In this document: one piece after another, positions 28,990 through 42,800 of the stretch
Position numbering within the stretch: position 1 is the first letter of the stretch
How the letters are laid out: each line of letters starts with the position of its first letter
Translations under genes and position numbers: made by a program
Source: Octopus vulgaris
Lineage: Eukaryota
Assembly: GCA_951406725.2 (NCBI GenBank)
Contig: CATOCA020000008.1
Location: 62,001 to 126,000, forward strand
Length of the DNA: 64,000 nucleotides
Direction of reading: 5' to 3'
The notes under the pieces: model-generated
Database searches by the model: none
Told to the model about the DNA's origin: nothing
What the model saw: the letters and a program-made list of their open reading frames with translations, nothing else

Positions 28990-29401
28990 TTCTTTATTGC
29001 CCACAGGGGTCTAAACATAGAGGGGACAAACAAGGACAGACAAACGGATTAAGTGGATTATATCGACTCCAGTGCGTAACTGGTACTTTTTTAATCGACC
29101 CCGAAAGGATGAAAGGCAAAGTCGACCTCGGCGGAATTTGAACCCAGAACGTAGCGGCATACGAAATACCTATTTCTTTACTACCCATAAAGGGCTAAAC
29201 ACAGAGAGGACGAACAAGGACAGACAGACGGATTAAGTCGATTATATCGACCCCAGTGCGTAACTGGTACTTATTTAATCGACCCCGAAAGGATGAAAGG
29301 CAAAGTCGATCTCGGCGGAATTTGAACTCAGAACGTAACGGTAGACGAAATACGGTTATGCATTTCGCCCGGCGTGCTAATGATTCTGCCAACTCGCCGC
29401 C
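28990..29401 (-). mobile_element. tRNA-derived SINE dimer (family 1), complete
   Basis: Head with A and B boxes, body, tail, then a headless second body and tail. Confidence 0.85.
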
Positions 29402-30354
29402 TTTCTCATAAATGTGACAGTCTCAAGAGAAGTATTTTGGTCGACTTGATTGTCTCAACCGGTCAAGGCTCAAGCATGACTTCAGTTCATTGAGTGAAAC
29501 AAGAATAACAGAATAAAGTTGCAATTTGGCGACCTTGTATGTCTGATATAAATATATATGCGGAGCCATGGCGAATGCATTCGGGAATTTCGTGAATGTG
29601 AGGATAAAATATCTTAACAATAAGGACAACAAGAGAATTGTTTATATGTGAAACGTAAACTAAACAGTGAACTTTGCATAGAAATTTTATTAATGCTGAG
29701 AGATTTGTAGCAAATTATTGTCTTCAATGAGATAATATCTTCACACAAAGAAATGCAAGGTAAAGAGAATATATATCAGAGAAATAACAAGCAAAACACC
29801 TTCTCTATGACAATACTTTAAGAAAACGCTTAAAAATATAGAAAGTAGCGGAAGAATAGCCCTGCGAAACAGGTGAGATACCACGATTGTTATTTGATAA
29901 AGAATCAAAGGCAAACGGTAAAACATAATGGATAAACGTTAAAAGTTAATAATGGTGGACGTGGGAAAGTCTTTGTTTAACAAATTTGAACGACGCCCAA
30001 GCGAAAAGAAACTGCAATAAGTTATTCTGGATTATATTATTTAGTGACAAATATGCATATACACATAGACATACACACAATCATATATAAATACTCGCAT
30101 ACATGCATACATACACACACAAACATATTTAACAAAGCAAAATGCTTGATCATTGAAAGACTCACACATAGATGCACATACGCATGCATGTTTGACCAAA
30201 CCAGAAGTATACGCATTGAAGCACACACGCGCAGGTACGCACACATAGGCACACATATGCACACCCATACATGCCTGTTATCTTTTACTTGTTTCAGTCG
30301 TTGGACTGAGGTCATGCTGGAGCATACATAGACACACACACACATACATACATA

Positions 30355-31015
30355 TGGCGCCCAGTTCTGGCGTTTGTATGACATTCAATGCCGAAATGAG
30401 GTACTAGCCCTTCTAGAGTTTTCCATATGTAGATTAATGCATATCTCTCACATCTTTGCTCCAGGGAGTAAAGCTGCAGTTTTCTCAGCCTTTCCCTGTA
30501 GCTCATCCATGACACTGTTTCAATCTTGTCAGTGTAGTGGCGTTGGACTGCTTCAAGCTCCGCTGTTAGTTTGGCACTATGTAGTGACCATAACTGGGAG
30601 CAGCAATCCAGGCGGCTAAGATCAAAGTTCTCCATAGTGCCAACATAGTTTCTTGGCCTCTTGTCTTGAAGGACCTTAGTATCCATCCAGCCAGTTGTTT
30701 GCACTTTGCTGCCATCTTGGCAATGTGCATATGAAATGATACGTCATTGCACATACTGATCCCCAAGTCTTTCACTGCCTGTGACTCTGGGACATTGGCT
30801 GCAACTGCCTAACTACGGTCTTTGAGGAACATGAAGCCACTCCGCCAGTTTACTAGCAATGCCAATGTCTCGCAGCTTATGACATCTCATGCCATGACCA
30901 ACCTTATCAAATGCCTTTGGAAAGTCAAGGTATATCTCGCTGACATCTCAATGTTCAAGCAGCTGTTTCAAGACTCAGTCATAGTGGTGTAGTTGTGTGA
31001 GGCAGCGTCTTCCTA
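30355..31015 (-). mobile_element. CR1-group LINE remnant
   Basis: KDLG, LAGWILRSF, RLDCCSQLWS, YSLEQRCERY; YLDFPKAFDKV near 30900-30935. Confidence 0.8.
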
Positions 31016-31086
31016 TATCTAATTTTATATCAATATAGACAGATAGACAGACAAACAGATAGATAAATAGATAAATAGGCACAGCC

Positions 31087-31127
<41 letters not shown>

Positions 31128-31139
31128 GGGGGGGTGTAT

Positions 31140-31592
31140 AAACTCTATCTCAACTCTCACCAACTCGCCGGGAGCGCTACATCATTTGTGTGATGTGGAA
31201 AATATTCCATCAATATTGCACAAATGATGTTGGCATCAGTTTTAAAATCCATTCAAGACTTGGCACCTGTACTATCCACTCACTACAAAATTCGAACTCA
31301 GGACACATAACAGCATTACGTCACAATTACTTTACCTCAACCAGTCCAGCTCTATTTAATACTATACCAAAATACGTCAAAACGGAAACGGATCCCATAA
31401 AATTAAAAAGTTCACTGAACAAATTTCTTCAAAAAATCCCAGACCAACCTCCTACACCGGGATATGTCTCCAACAATTATAACTCTTTGCTAGACTGGGC
31501 CATGGTACCCCATATATGACTAAATGACTTCACCAGGGGGTGATATTAAGTTAGACATGGTTTGGGTCTATACTGTTCGAAACCTATCAAAG

Positions 31593-31593
<1 letters not shown>
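31140..31593 (+). mobile_element. CR1-group LINE 3' remnant
   Basis: RERY..MWKI...PALFNTIP...KFLQKIPDQPPTPGY...NSLLDW. Confidence 0.75.
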
Positions 31594-31624
<31 letters not shown>

Positions 31625-31627
<3 letters not shown>

Positions 31628-32281
31628 TTCAGTAAAATTTAGATTCAGATGAATATGGTACTTAAGTTAAAGGCACCAGAATTTGGTATGGTATTATCCA
31701 TATAATTCAAAATGGGGTGACTATAATCAAAATAAGCAACAAGGATATCCAAAGGTAATACAGTACGATCGTTTCATGCGACTAAATTTAATTAAACAAT
31801 GCAAGTATTACATCAGTTTTAAAATGTAGAGCAATCTTCAGATGCTTATGAATATAGAATTTAGTTAAATTGAAAAGATTCATTTTTATAGTTATTCCTT
31901 TTACCAACATCACAAAGAGGGTAAGTAGGTAGACAGAGAAACAAGTTTCATCAACAAAAACATGGTAGTAATTAATATTTTTTCATGGAGACACTACTTA
32001 TCATTGATTTTACTTTGCTATTTAGATTTACTACTGGGGGAGGGGTTTAATACTATTCTATCAGGTCTAGTGGAGAAAAATAAGAATATATCTTTTATAG
32101 ATAGAGAAAGAGCCAGTTTAAGTGGCAAAGCCATAAATCAAGTTCCCTTTGAAAGAACTCATTTGGTTCAGTTGAATATATTTCAGCTAAAATTAGTAGG
32201 CCAAAACTGATGGGGTGGGGAAGATAGAAACTTCTAATATTAACTACTTAACACCCATAATCCTAATCGAGATTTGAAATA
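31625..32281 (-). mobile_element. Penelope-like terminal region with hammerhead fold
   Basis: Longer copy of 5675-6013; CTGAAGA...GAAAC-GATC-GTA on the minus strand at ~31758-31847; runs into the large palindrome. Confidence 0.6.
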
Positions 32282-34055
32282 AATAGGTATAATTTAGATC
32301 GTTTTATTTTTCAAAGAATTCGAATAATTTTAGTATTTTATACAAAATAAGGATGGGGAATATAGAAATAATTTCATATCTATATAAATATAAATCAAAT
32401 TAATATAAATAGTAATTTATTGGTATTAATGAGTTAAATTAAAGGAATATGCTAAACATTTCATATATTTTCTACATGCTAATGATTTTAGAATGTATTT
32501 CTTGCGTTATATAATATATAGTGAATGATAACAGTATGGTTCTGTACAGGTTAAGTGTGAACCCAAGAGAAATGTATTATCAGTAATATGAAGATAGTTT
32601 TACATCATGAAAACAAGCCATTTTTTAACAAGAGAGATATTTGTTGCCAAAGCTGTTTCGCTATAAAATTGGTTAAGTGGGTTCAGCTTTGTCCCAGTAT
32701 TTTAAAGCGCTTCCCCGATAGAGGGCCTCTTTTTCATAGCATCGAAGTAGATCTTAGTTTAGGTTTAAAGTCCAAGTAAAATTAGAGAACTAATTATGTC
32801 TTCTTAGATGGCTTACTGCTGCTGTAGTGTTGTTTCCATCGGTGGCGTTGTTATTAATTTTAGCCATGATCGTGTTAACAAAATTCCACGCGATAAAAGG
32901 TATATGTTTTAAAATTAGTATAAATACGTTGGAAAGTAAAAGGTGTTACTCTTATTTGTAATTGGGGAAATAAACCCGTTACTGGTTTAGGCTGAAGGAG
33001 TCAGCATAAATATAGAAGAAAACGTTCAAAAAGAAATTTTAAACGGCTTTCTACTCCTGCACGTCTGATAGTGACAACGCCATCCTGTATGTATGTATGT
33101 ATGTATGTATGTATGTATGTATGTATGTATGTATGTATGTATGTATGTATGTATGTATGTATGTATGTATGTACGTACGTACTTACATACGCACGTACAT
33201 ACATACATACATACATACATACATACATACATACATACATACATACATACAGGATGGCGTTGTCACTATCAGACGTGCAGGAGTAGAAAGCCGTTTAAAA
33301 TTTCTTTTTGAACGTTTTCTTCTATATTTATGCTGACTCCTTCAGCCTAAACCAGTAACGGGTTTATTTCCCCAATTACAAATAAGAGTAACACCTTTTA
33401 CTTTCCAACGTATTTATACTAATTTTAAAACATATACCTTTTATCGCGTGGAATTTTGTTAACACGATCATGGCTAAAATTAATAACAACGCCACCGATG
33501 GAAACAACACTACAGCAGCAGTAAGCCATCTAAGAAGACATAATTAGTTCTCTAATTTTACTTGGACTTTAAACCTAAACTAAGATCTACTTCGATGCTA
33601 TGAAAAAGAGGCCCTCTATCGGGGAAGCGCTTTAAAATACTGGGACAAAGCTGAACCCACTTAACCAATTTTATAGCGAAACAGCTTTGGCAACAAATAT
33701 CTCTCTTGTTAAAAAATGGCTTGTTTTCATGATGTAAAACTATCTTCATATTACTGATAATACATTTCTCTTGGGTTCACACTTAACCTGTACAGAACCA
33801 TACTGTTATCATTCACTATATATTATATAACGCAAGAAATACATTCTAAAATCATTAGCATGTAGAAAATATATGAAATGTTTAGCATATTCCTTTAATT
33901 TAACTCATTAATACCAATAAATTACTATTTATATTAATTTGATTTATATTTATATAGATATGAAATTATTTCTATATTCCCCATCCTTATTTTGTATAAA
34001 ATACTAAAATTATTCGAATTCTTTGAAAAATAAAACGATCTAAATTATACCTATT
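32282..34055. repeat. ~1.77-kb palindrome centred on (TATG)n/(CATA)n
   Basis: 32282-33087 is the reverse complement of 33250-34055 (identical ORFs are called on opposite strands); the microsatellite flips orientation at ~33170-33200. Confidence 0.95.
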
Positions 34056-34339
34056 CCCAATTACAAATAAGAGTAGCACCTTTTACTTTTTATGTACGTA
34101 CGTACATACATACATACATACATACATACATACATACATACATACATACATACATACATACATACATACATACATACATACATACAGGAATATGTGTGTT
34201 TGTATGTATGCCTCTTAATTAAAATAAATCTTCAACTGAGGTGCGAGCCGGTTTCCAACAAAGATACAAGACTCCATCTTTGGGATGTAGTTAACACAGA
34301 CAAATTCACATTTGGAACTTGAAAAAAGTCTTGCATATT

Positions 34340-35477
34340 TTTACTATACAACTCACAGATTGCACTTGTAATGTAATCAATCATCCAGTCAATTTCTCTT
34401 TCTGAAGATCCCAGTTTATCCAGATTCTCTTTTAAGCATTTGCTAACAAAACGTAGTGCTCCAATTAATATTGGTATGTATATGAATTTATAGTCTGGAT
34501 ATAGAAGCTAGAGGTATCGAAGCAGTTGTACATAGATATTCTCTTTTCTTTGATTTTGAAAGAGATAATTATATCTGCAGGGTAGTTGACCTCTATGATG
34601 GTACATACCCGTATCCATCTGTCCCAAACAACAATATCTGGCATGTTATGTTTACATTTGACAGACGTTTTGATGGGAATGTTCCACCAGTATTCCTTGA
34701 GTTGGTGTTTATGAATGTTTTCTAAGTTTATTTCAGGTTTGTGCGGGTGGCATTGTAAATTGTTTTAGCAACAACATCGTACCGCATAGGGAGGTAATAC
34801 CGTGACGACATTTTAGGACAGCCGCTAATCACATGCGTAATGTCTTCCACAGAAACATGACATAGCCTACACATGCGATTGCACCTTGGGATTACAAGAG
34901 CGTCACTGTCCCTCTTGTTCACCAGGTACCTGGTGGAAATTTCCTGTTCCTGGATTGCAAACGCATAGCCTTCAAAGTGTGATGTGATGAAGTGGTATTG
35001 TATCCAAGAGAGGCTGCGCTTCGTATCAATTCTACTGTCTTTTTCAAGCTTCTGGGCAACATACCCATGCATGGTCTTTTTTTTGTATGCTGATTGCTTT
35101 CCACCCAAGTCTTCTCTCAGGTAAGAGAGCCAAGCTATTTTGGAGCTGTATAGGAGATCATCAGGATGAGAGTGCTTCTTGAGGAGTTCACTGCCAACTC
35201 GTTCAATGTTGCTCATGCCTCTTTTCAGCACTGTATTAATATATTTATTTTTGCTGCCGTTGTTTAGCAGGTGCTGCCTGGGTGATACCATACGGCATTC
35301 GAAGGCCGTCTGCACTAATTTCAGTCCTCTACCACCTTCACTTTTTCTGAGGGAGAGCCTGTCAGCATCACTGTTTCTGTGGAAGTTCCCAGTGGTTGTC
35401 AGGATTTTGCATGCTTTGATATCTATGGAGTGGATTTCCTCTACAGACCAATCAAGTATCCCAAATTTTGGGATCAT
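34340..35477 (-). mobile_element. RLE-type (R4/Dong-like) non-LTR retrotransposon 3' part
   Basis: RKSEGGRGL, CRLCHVSVEDITHVISGC (CCHC), MRYDVVAK, then HNMPDIVVWD; a second 3' remnant lies at 35647-35830. Confidence 0.8.
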
Positions 35478-36105
35478 TAGTATGTATGTATATGCACAAA
35501 CACATACACATGTATGTATGTATGTATGTATGTATGTATGTATGTATGTATGTATGTATGTATGTATGTATGTATGTATGTGCAGAGTTGTATGTTTTAT
35601 GTATATATTCTCTTAGAGTTACATATCTAAACATGCTCATATATATTTAAATGAAAAACTTCTGGAAAGTTTTACAGATTTTTACAGTTCCAGTGATGGA
35701 TTGGATCTGTAGTCTTCGAATTAACCTTCTCCTTTCTGGTTTTAAGAAGCCTAATTTCTTGGTATTTAGGCAGTGTGTTACATATCCCAGGGCCCTAACA
35801 ATTACGGGTATAAACCTGAACTTGTATGTATGCATGCATGCATGCATACAGATTCCATGATAAGATGGAAAGGATGTTCATAGTGTTGAAATGACAGTTT
35901 GATAGGTAAATGAATAAAGTTAGAGGCAACAATCTCGGAAAAAAATCAAAAGTCATTTACAACTGTTTCTAGAATAGTTGCGGAGTTCGTCACACTGCCT
36001 GATGTTGTAGGCATGTATGTATATTTTAGCACACACACTCTTTGTGGTGACTATGGAGTCGCTAAATGCTCTGGGGAGAGCTTGAAAAGTAAATTAGAAA
36101 TCTTA

Positions 36106-36525
36106 GGCGCAGGAGTGGCTATGTGGTAAGTAGCTTCCTTACCAACCACATGGTTCTGGGTTCAGTCCCACTGCGTGGCACCTCGGGCAAATGTCTTCTA
36201 CTATAGCTTAGGGCCGACCAAAGCCTTATGAGTGGATTTGGTAGACGGAAACTGAAAGAAGCCCGTCGTATATATATATGTATATGTATATATATGTGTG
36301 TATGTGTGTGTGTGTGTGTGTGTGTGTTTGTCCCCCAACATCGCTTGACAACCAATACTGGTGTGTTTATGTACTCGTAACTTAGCGGTTCGGCAAACAA
36401 GACCGATAGAATAAGTACTAAGCTTACAAAGAATAAGTCCTGGGGTCGATTTGCTCGACTAAAGGCGGTGCTCCAGCATGGCCGCAGTCAAAATGACTGA
36501 AACAAGTAGAAGAGTAAAAGAGTAA
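36106..36525 (+). mobile_element. tRNA-derived SINE with CORE-like segment (family 3)
   Basis: TGGCTATGTGGTAAG and GGTTCAGTCCC boxes, CACCTCGGGCAAATG CORE-like segment, internal microsatellite, tail GGCGGTGCTCCAGCATGGCC..CTGAAAC. Confidence 0.8.
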
Positions 36526-36878
36526 GAAAAGAATAATTTTCTGCCTTTTGCTCCAGACGTTAGAAAGCTGTCTGGCTGTTATCGGGTAACTTATTTTTAG
36601 AGGAACATGATATTTCTTGCCAAATGAATAAAATAAAGATATTGGCCGGCAATAAGTGTATGTGCATGTGTCAGTGTATCTATATAAATATACTTACACG
36701 CAATGGCAACGACTACGTGTGTATGTATGTATGTATGTATGTATGTATGTATGTATGTATGTATGTATGTATGTATGTATGTATGTATGTATGTATGTAT
36801 GTTTGTATATATATATATATATTGATAAAAATGGTAAGACAACAAAAGAAAGAGACCTCGATATTATGTAAATAGAGG

Positions 36879-37101
36879 AATTTATCTGTAAATGTAATAT
36901 GTGACAATTATTCGGTAGCCATGATAAAACTCCGAGTTTCGGATGCCGAGGTGGAAATCCACGCCGCCATCTCTTCATAGCATTTTTCCGATGGCCGGAT
37001 AACGGAAGAGATGGTGGTGTGGATTTCCACCTCGGCATCCGAAACACAGAGTTTTATCATGGCTACCGAATAATTGTCACGTATTACATTTACAGATAAA
37101 T
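36879..37101. repeat. ~220-bp fold-back element with hammerhead-like fold
   Basis: Arms of ~100 bp; right arm reads GATAA-CGGAAGA-GATG...CATCC-GAAAC...GTT-TTATC. Confidence 0.8.
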
Positions 37102-37750
37102 ATATATATATATATATATAAATAGATAGGTGAATGAATTATCCTATGTTTATCGTCAGCATGGAAAATTCTTTAAACCGATACCAGGGTAGCAAATTCA
37201 CGTCAGAAACACGGTTGAAGCGACCTGTCCATGGGTAGTTTGGCGTCTTAAAGACAATAATATAGAATGTAAGTTAGATTGGTTCATACTGTCTGTATCC
37301 TTTCCTTTTGATAAGGGCAGGAGATTTTGTAACATTTGCGACTCTGAACTCTTCCATATCCTCTTCTCTAAGGTTCCCCTTGTAAACACTCATAGAGAAA
37401 TCGTACAAATGTAAACACTGGCAGAAACATACTTTTTACTCATATAAATGATTACGATAGGCATTGTGGTTTGAACAATTAGCTTAACGTGCACTCCACT
37501 TCAATAACGAAATTCTTTCCTAAGCCTTTGAACATTCTTTTAATCAACGTACCCTTCCCTCTCCACTTGTTCCCTACCTATTATTCCTTTAACCCTTCTC
37601 TTCCTACTATCTAAATAAATGAGTGGAAATTTTACCGGTGAGTGTGTTAAATTATAAGGCCCTAAAAGAGAATAACTCTCCCCAGACACAACAGAATATA
37701 CTTCAACACACGAATCTTGCAAACCAAATCCAAAAACGAAATATATACAT

Positions 37751-37980
37751 ACTAGTATTATAACCAGATTTCATTCGGGTCTACTCGGGCCACATTTTAA
37801 AGAGGAGGAATTTTGTCCTAGAGGCCACGGCTTTCAATTGAGCAAACTCAAAGTTACCATGCAAACTCCCCAGCACTTTTAATAGAGGTGTGCAAATTTT
37901 CAGGTCAATCCGAACACATTTATTAACACTTTTGCCTGCACAACTGCTTGTGAGACAACGTCAGCCTTTTTCAGAAATAT

Positions 37981-37990
<10 letters not shown>
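37751..37990 (-). mobile_element. Non-autonomous Helitron-like element
   Basis: Minus strand ends in a short hairpin followed by CTAG|T at 37751. Confidence 0.45.
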
Positions 37991-38045
<55 letters not shown>

Positions 38046-38223
38046 ATAATAATTAAACTGCAGTTTCTGCAAGATTACTCGTAACACACGTGGGTATTTG
38101 AGGATAAATACGTATTATCATTCGGCTGTATATTTTTAGAAGTGTCGGTTGAATATCAGTTATGCGTTGACGCTTGATCGCGTACATATTTAATTCTAAC
38201 ACTCTCAACTCTATATTTGAAAT

Positions 38224-38291
38224 GCTGCACTGATGAGGTGAAATAAGTAAGTAAATATAACTTTACTTTAATCCCGAAACGCGTATGTAGC
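38224..38291 (+). ncRNA. Type I minimal hammerhead ribozyme, canonical core
   Basis: GCTGCA-CTGATGA-GG...CC-GAAAC-GC-GTA-TGTAGC; palindromic helix III (ACGCGT). Confidence 0.75.
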
Positions 38292-38470
38292 TAATCTGAG
38301 TCGTGTGGATTCGTTATTTTTTCTCTTTGCCTACGTAAAAAATGTGTGTTACTGTCTGGGAGATATTTATGGTAGTGGAGAAGGTATTTTAATTACTATT
38401 TCTAAATTCGGTGCGTGGCTAAGCAATTAGCTGAGCCCTGATTATAATTACGCTTATAATTACGCTTATA

Positions 38471-38622
38471 GGCGCAGGTAAGTAGCTTGTTTACCAACCA
38501 CATGGTTCCGGGTTCAATCCCACTGCGTGGCACCTTGGGCAAGTGTCTTCTACTATAGCCTCGGGCCAACCAAAGCCTTGTGAGTGGATTTGGTAGACGG
38601 AAACTGAAAGAAGCCCGTGGTA

Positions 38623-38677
<55 letters not shown>

Positions 38678-38885
38678 ATGTTTGCGTGTCTGTGTTTGTC
38701 CCCCTAGGATTGCTTGACAACAGATGCTGGTGTGTTTATGTCCCTGTCACTTAGCGGTTCGGCAAAAGAGACCGATAGAATAAGTACTGGGCTTACAAAG
38801 AATAAGTCCCGGGGTCGATTTGCTCGATTAAAGGCGGTGCTCCAGCATGGCCGCAGTCAAAATGACTGAAACAAGTAAAAAGAAA
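38471..38885 (+). mobile_element. tRNA-derived SINE (family 3)
   Basis: Colinear with 36106-36525; part of the A box is deleted. Confidence 0.8.
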
Positions 38886-38961
38886 AGAAAAAGAAAGAAT
38901 TATAGAATATTTATATATATATATGTAGAAGGTTGAAAAGGAACAGACGAGTTGATATATA

Positions 38962-39172
38962 TATATGGAAAAAAAAGTCAAGGTAGAAAATGTTAAAACG
39001 ATTTTATAAAAACATTTCAGTACCGGTTTCGGTCATTGAAACTTTTTCAACTATAAGTATGGAAAAGAATTAAATTTTGGAAAAATAAAATGAAAAGTAT
39101 TTTAAAGCTGGTACTGAAATGTTTTTTATAAAATTATTTTAGAATTTTCTACCTGGACTTTTTTCCATATAT
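38962..39172. repeat. Short fold-back element
   Basis: ATATGGAAAAAAAAGTCAAGGTAGAAAAT...CATTTCAGTACC pairs with GGTACTGAAATG...ATTTTCTACCTGGACTTTTTCCATAT. Confidence 0.7.
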
Positions 39173-39285
39173 ATATATATATACGGTTCAAATATACAAA
39201 AAAAAAACAAAAGATAGAGACAGGTGAGGGAACAACAAAGTGTATAAGTTTAATGATCTGGAAAAATGAAAAACATTTTGCTGTT

Positions 39286-39334
<49 letters not shown>

Positions 39335-39669
39335 GCATATTGTAGGGCATCCCCGTGAATTCGTAACAGACGAACTGTAGACTACGACTTTTACTGCGGA
39401 CATGAATTGCTTAAGGAAATACACACACACACACAAACACACACACACGATTTTATTGAACAATAGATTTGATGGCATTATGTTATTTCTATGGTTTGCA
39501 ATAGTTGTACTAACGTGTAAGTGACAAATCAAACACCTTACAGCGTGAAGACATGAATAAAAATTGTATGAATGCACGGTGCATTCACGTCCCAGCCATT
39601 TATTCGTAACCGAATGAATAGCAGGTGTAGTGTGTGAAGTAAATGCTTAAAGTATGTGATCCCTTCTCA

Positions 39670-39745
<76 letters not shown>

Positions 39746-40001
39746 TTGTGTGTGTGTGTGTGTGTGCGTGTATTAATGCTTCTTTTCATGTTCAGTTATA
39801 ATAAAAACAATTTTACATTTATCTCAATACTTTTCTAGAGTACAAATTTATTATTCTTTACTAAGAATATTATTAACAGTGACTTCGAAGTTTCGGTCAG
39901 CTAAGCCATCAGTATTATTCTTGTTAACGAATAATAAATTTGATATAAATACACGCACGTACGCGCGCGTGCGCGCACACACACACACACAAGTTTATGT
40001 A

Positions 40002-41291
40002 TTATGTTAGCAACTAAGTTCCCTCCATTTTTTTTTAGATTTTGGAATTTATTGCGTTTCTAAATTTTCGAATCTATTTTTTTTCGAGAATTCTATTTTT
40101 GAATCATTTTAGAATCTATTTTGTTTTCTTTTCTAGTTAATTTTAGTTAATTTTTGTTTATTTTCAGATCATTAAAATGGAATGTCAAGTTAAGAAAAAC
40201 GAGCATTTTCGACACCTCCTTTTTGCTTTTAATCAAGGTTCTAAGGCCGCAAAAGCTGCTCGCGACATTTGTGCTGTGTATGGAAAGGGTGCCATAGCTG
40301 AAGGAACCGCTCGTGATTGGTATGCCAAGTTCAAAAATGGAAATTTTGACTTCAAAGACGCACCTCGTTCTGGCCGTCCAGTTGAGTTTGATGAAGAGCA
40401 ATTAAGCCAACTTTAGCAGGAAAATTCTCGTCAAACGACAAGGGAACTGGCAGAGCAAATGGAATGCTCCCACACTGCTATAGAGAAGCATCTTCACTCG
40501 ATGGGAAAAGTTCAGAAGTATGGACCATGTGTTCCGCATGCTTTAAGTGACAACAACAAAAAGCAACGAGCATCAATCTCCGCTGGTTTGCTTGCTCGTC
40601 ACCGCTCAACTCATGGACATAAGCAACGATTTCTTTACCGAATCGTTACTGGCGACGAAAGATGGTATCTGTACATCGATATGACGTAGAGTAAGGAATG
40701 GCTTAGCCCCGGTAAACAAGCGACACCGCGCGTGAAACAAGATTTTTATCCCCGTAAAATGTTGTGCGTATAGTGTGACTGGGAAGGGATTATCCATTAT
40801 GAATTGCTTGAACGGAAACAAACGGTCAACGCGGAACTCTATGTTCAACAGATGGAACGACTCAACATGGCTATTCAAGGGAAAAGACCTAATCGGCAGC
40901 ATGGAGTTCTACTTCTGCACGACAACGCCTACCTTCATATCACCAATATGACCAACGAAGCCATTGAAACGCATGGCTGGGAAGTGCTGCCACACCCGCC
41001 GTACTCTCCTGATTTGGCACCAACGGATTTCCACCGCTTTCGATCTCTTTTAAATGCTATTTGCGGAGTTTCATTCGATACTGATGCAGAATTGAGAGCT
41101 TAGTTGGGTCAATTTTTCGAGTCGAAATCGGGTAAAGTCTACCAACGAGGTATTGAAAATCTTGTTGAACGTTGGGAAGATGTTGTAAACAACAAGGGTG
41201 AATATATTATTGATTAATTAGTTGTTATTTTTTAAAAACCTTTTAGAAATTTAAATTTAAAAAAACGGCAGGAACTTAGTTGCCAACCCAA
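40002..41291 (+). mobile_element. Full-length mariner transposon, transposase pseudogene
   Basis: TA-flanked TIRs (TTATGTTAGCAACTAAGTTCC / GGAACTTAGTTGCCAACCCAA); RSGRP, CVPHAL, VTGDERW, HDNA and YSPDLAPTDF motifs; in-frame stops. Confidence 0.93.
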
Positions 41292-41314
41292 TATGTATAT
41301 ATAAATATACGTAC

Positions 41315-41451
<137 letters not shown>

Positions 41452-41519
41452 TGCGTATAAGCTTGCATATAGGAACGCATTGAAAGACATTAACAACCTC
41501 CATTGTAAGCTCAGCATGG

Positions 41520-42800
41520 ACCTCGGACTACTGAATAAGACACATCTAACCACACCCCACACCCTAAATCATACACAGCTAACCCCATCCCACTTCATCC
41601 CGAAGGGCCATTAACAAAGCTTCTCCATCGTAATCTTTTATTTGACTGATCTTCCCCACAACATCAAATTTGAGTCGAATTAGCAAATGTATAATCAACC
41701 GAATTATTCCTCAAGTAAGGAGTGAGGTTAAGCTTCTCCATGGGAATCATGCCGGTGGCGTCATCATTTGGTTCCCACTCCCTTTCTGATAAACTCCCGC
41801 ACCCATTTCCTTCAATTTCTAATTACTATACTTCCGTATCACCTGACCTGTTAAATAAAGCCTTAATCTCTGTTAGAAAGTATGCACCTATCTCCTACTC
41901 TGACAGTTACATCATTCTGGCGGCTGGGAAAACACTAGGATAATTCGTCTGTGGATTTGTTTGATATAACCATGGGTTTATCCGACTCCACTTAGCTTAC
42001 TGACATGGTTGGCCTTTTTCTCCTTTCCCAGATTAATTAACACTTCCTCAATCTCTCCGGAGGTCTGTACAGGGATGACGCCCTCCTTATAGCCACCGGT
42101 TTATATCGACTATCACTCGAACGCAGCCGGAAAGCCCTCCACAGATTCTTGATGTTCAATATAAAAACGACTTAGTGGCGCTCAGATGATTTGAACTTAA
42201 GGTCCAAAATCTTTAAATCCACGGAGTAACAAGTGGTTATAGAAAGAATCCAGGTGAGAAGATATGGAGATCATGATGCAAGCAAACAACTAAAATCACC
42301 TGGGTTAGATATTCAAAATATGCATACATATATATATGTAAATAGAAAGATATCAATGACTGAAAAGATTCATACTAAATGTTTCTATATTGAGCAACTC
42401 CGGATTTCAAATGTTGACTCTATACCCTTTCCTTGGCTGAGCGCTACTTATAGATCACACTTGTGGATAAACGTTTCTTGGGTACATCTACAGAGAACAT
42501 CCCAATTCTACCTAGGGATCTCTAAATGGAGCTCTTACTACAGAAAACAAACGACTTTATAACTCGAATGGGGTGGAGGGCTGTCTTCTATGATCTCAAA
42601 TCCAATACCTCTAATCCCTTCGAGGACAAGAACTCTTACAATCGAAATATTCACAAAAATCACCCCTTAACTCTGCACTGTCTAACTTTGAAAAAGACCT
42701 ATTTCGAATGACAAAAATTATCGAGTTCTCTAATAAAACCAATTCTTTCCAGAAGGACCTCTCCAAGATTATATGCAACATAAAGAATTCTAACAAAACA
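41520..42800 (+). mobile_element. Scrambled Penelope-like RT remnants
   Basis: NYYTSVSPDLLNKAL and GLYRDD (41800-42080) resemble 47681-48496; FITRMGWRAVFY N-terminal piece near 42550. Confidence 0.6.
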
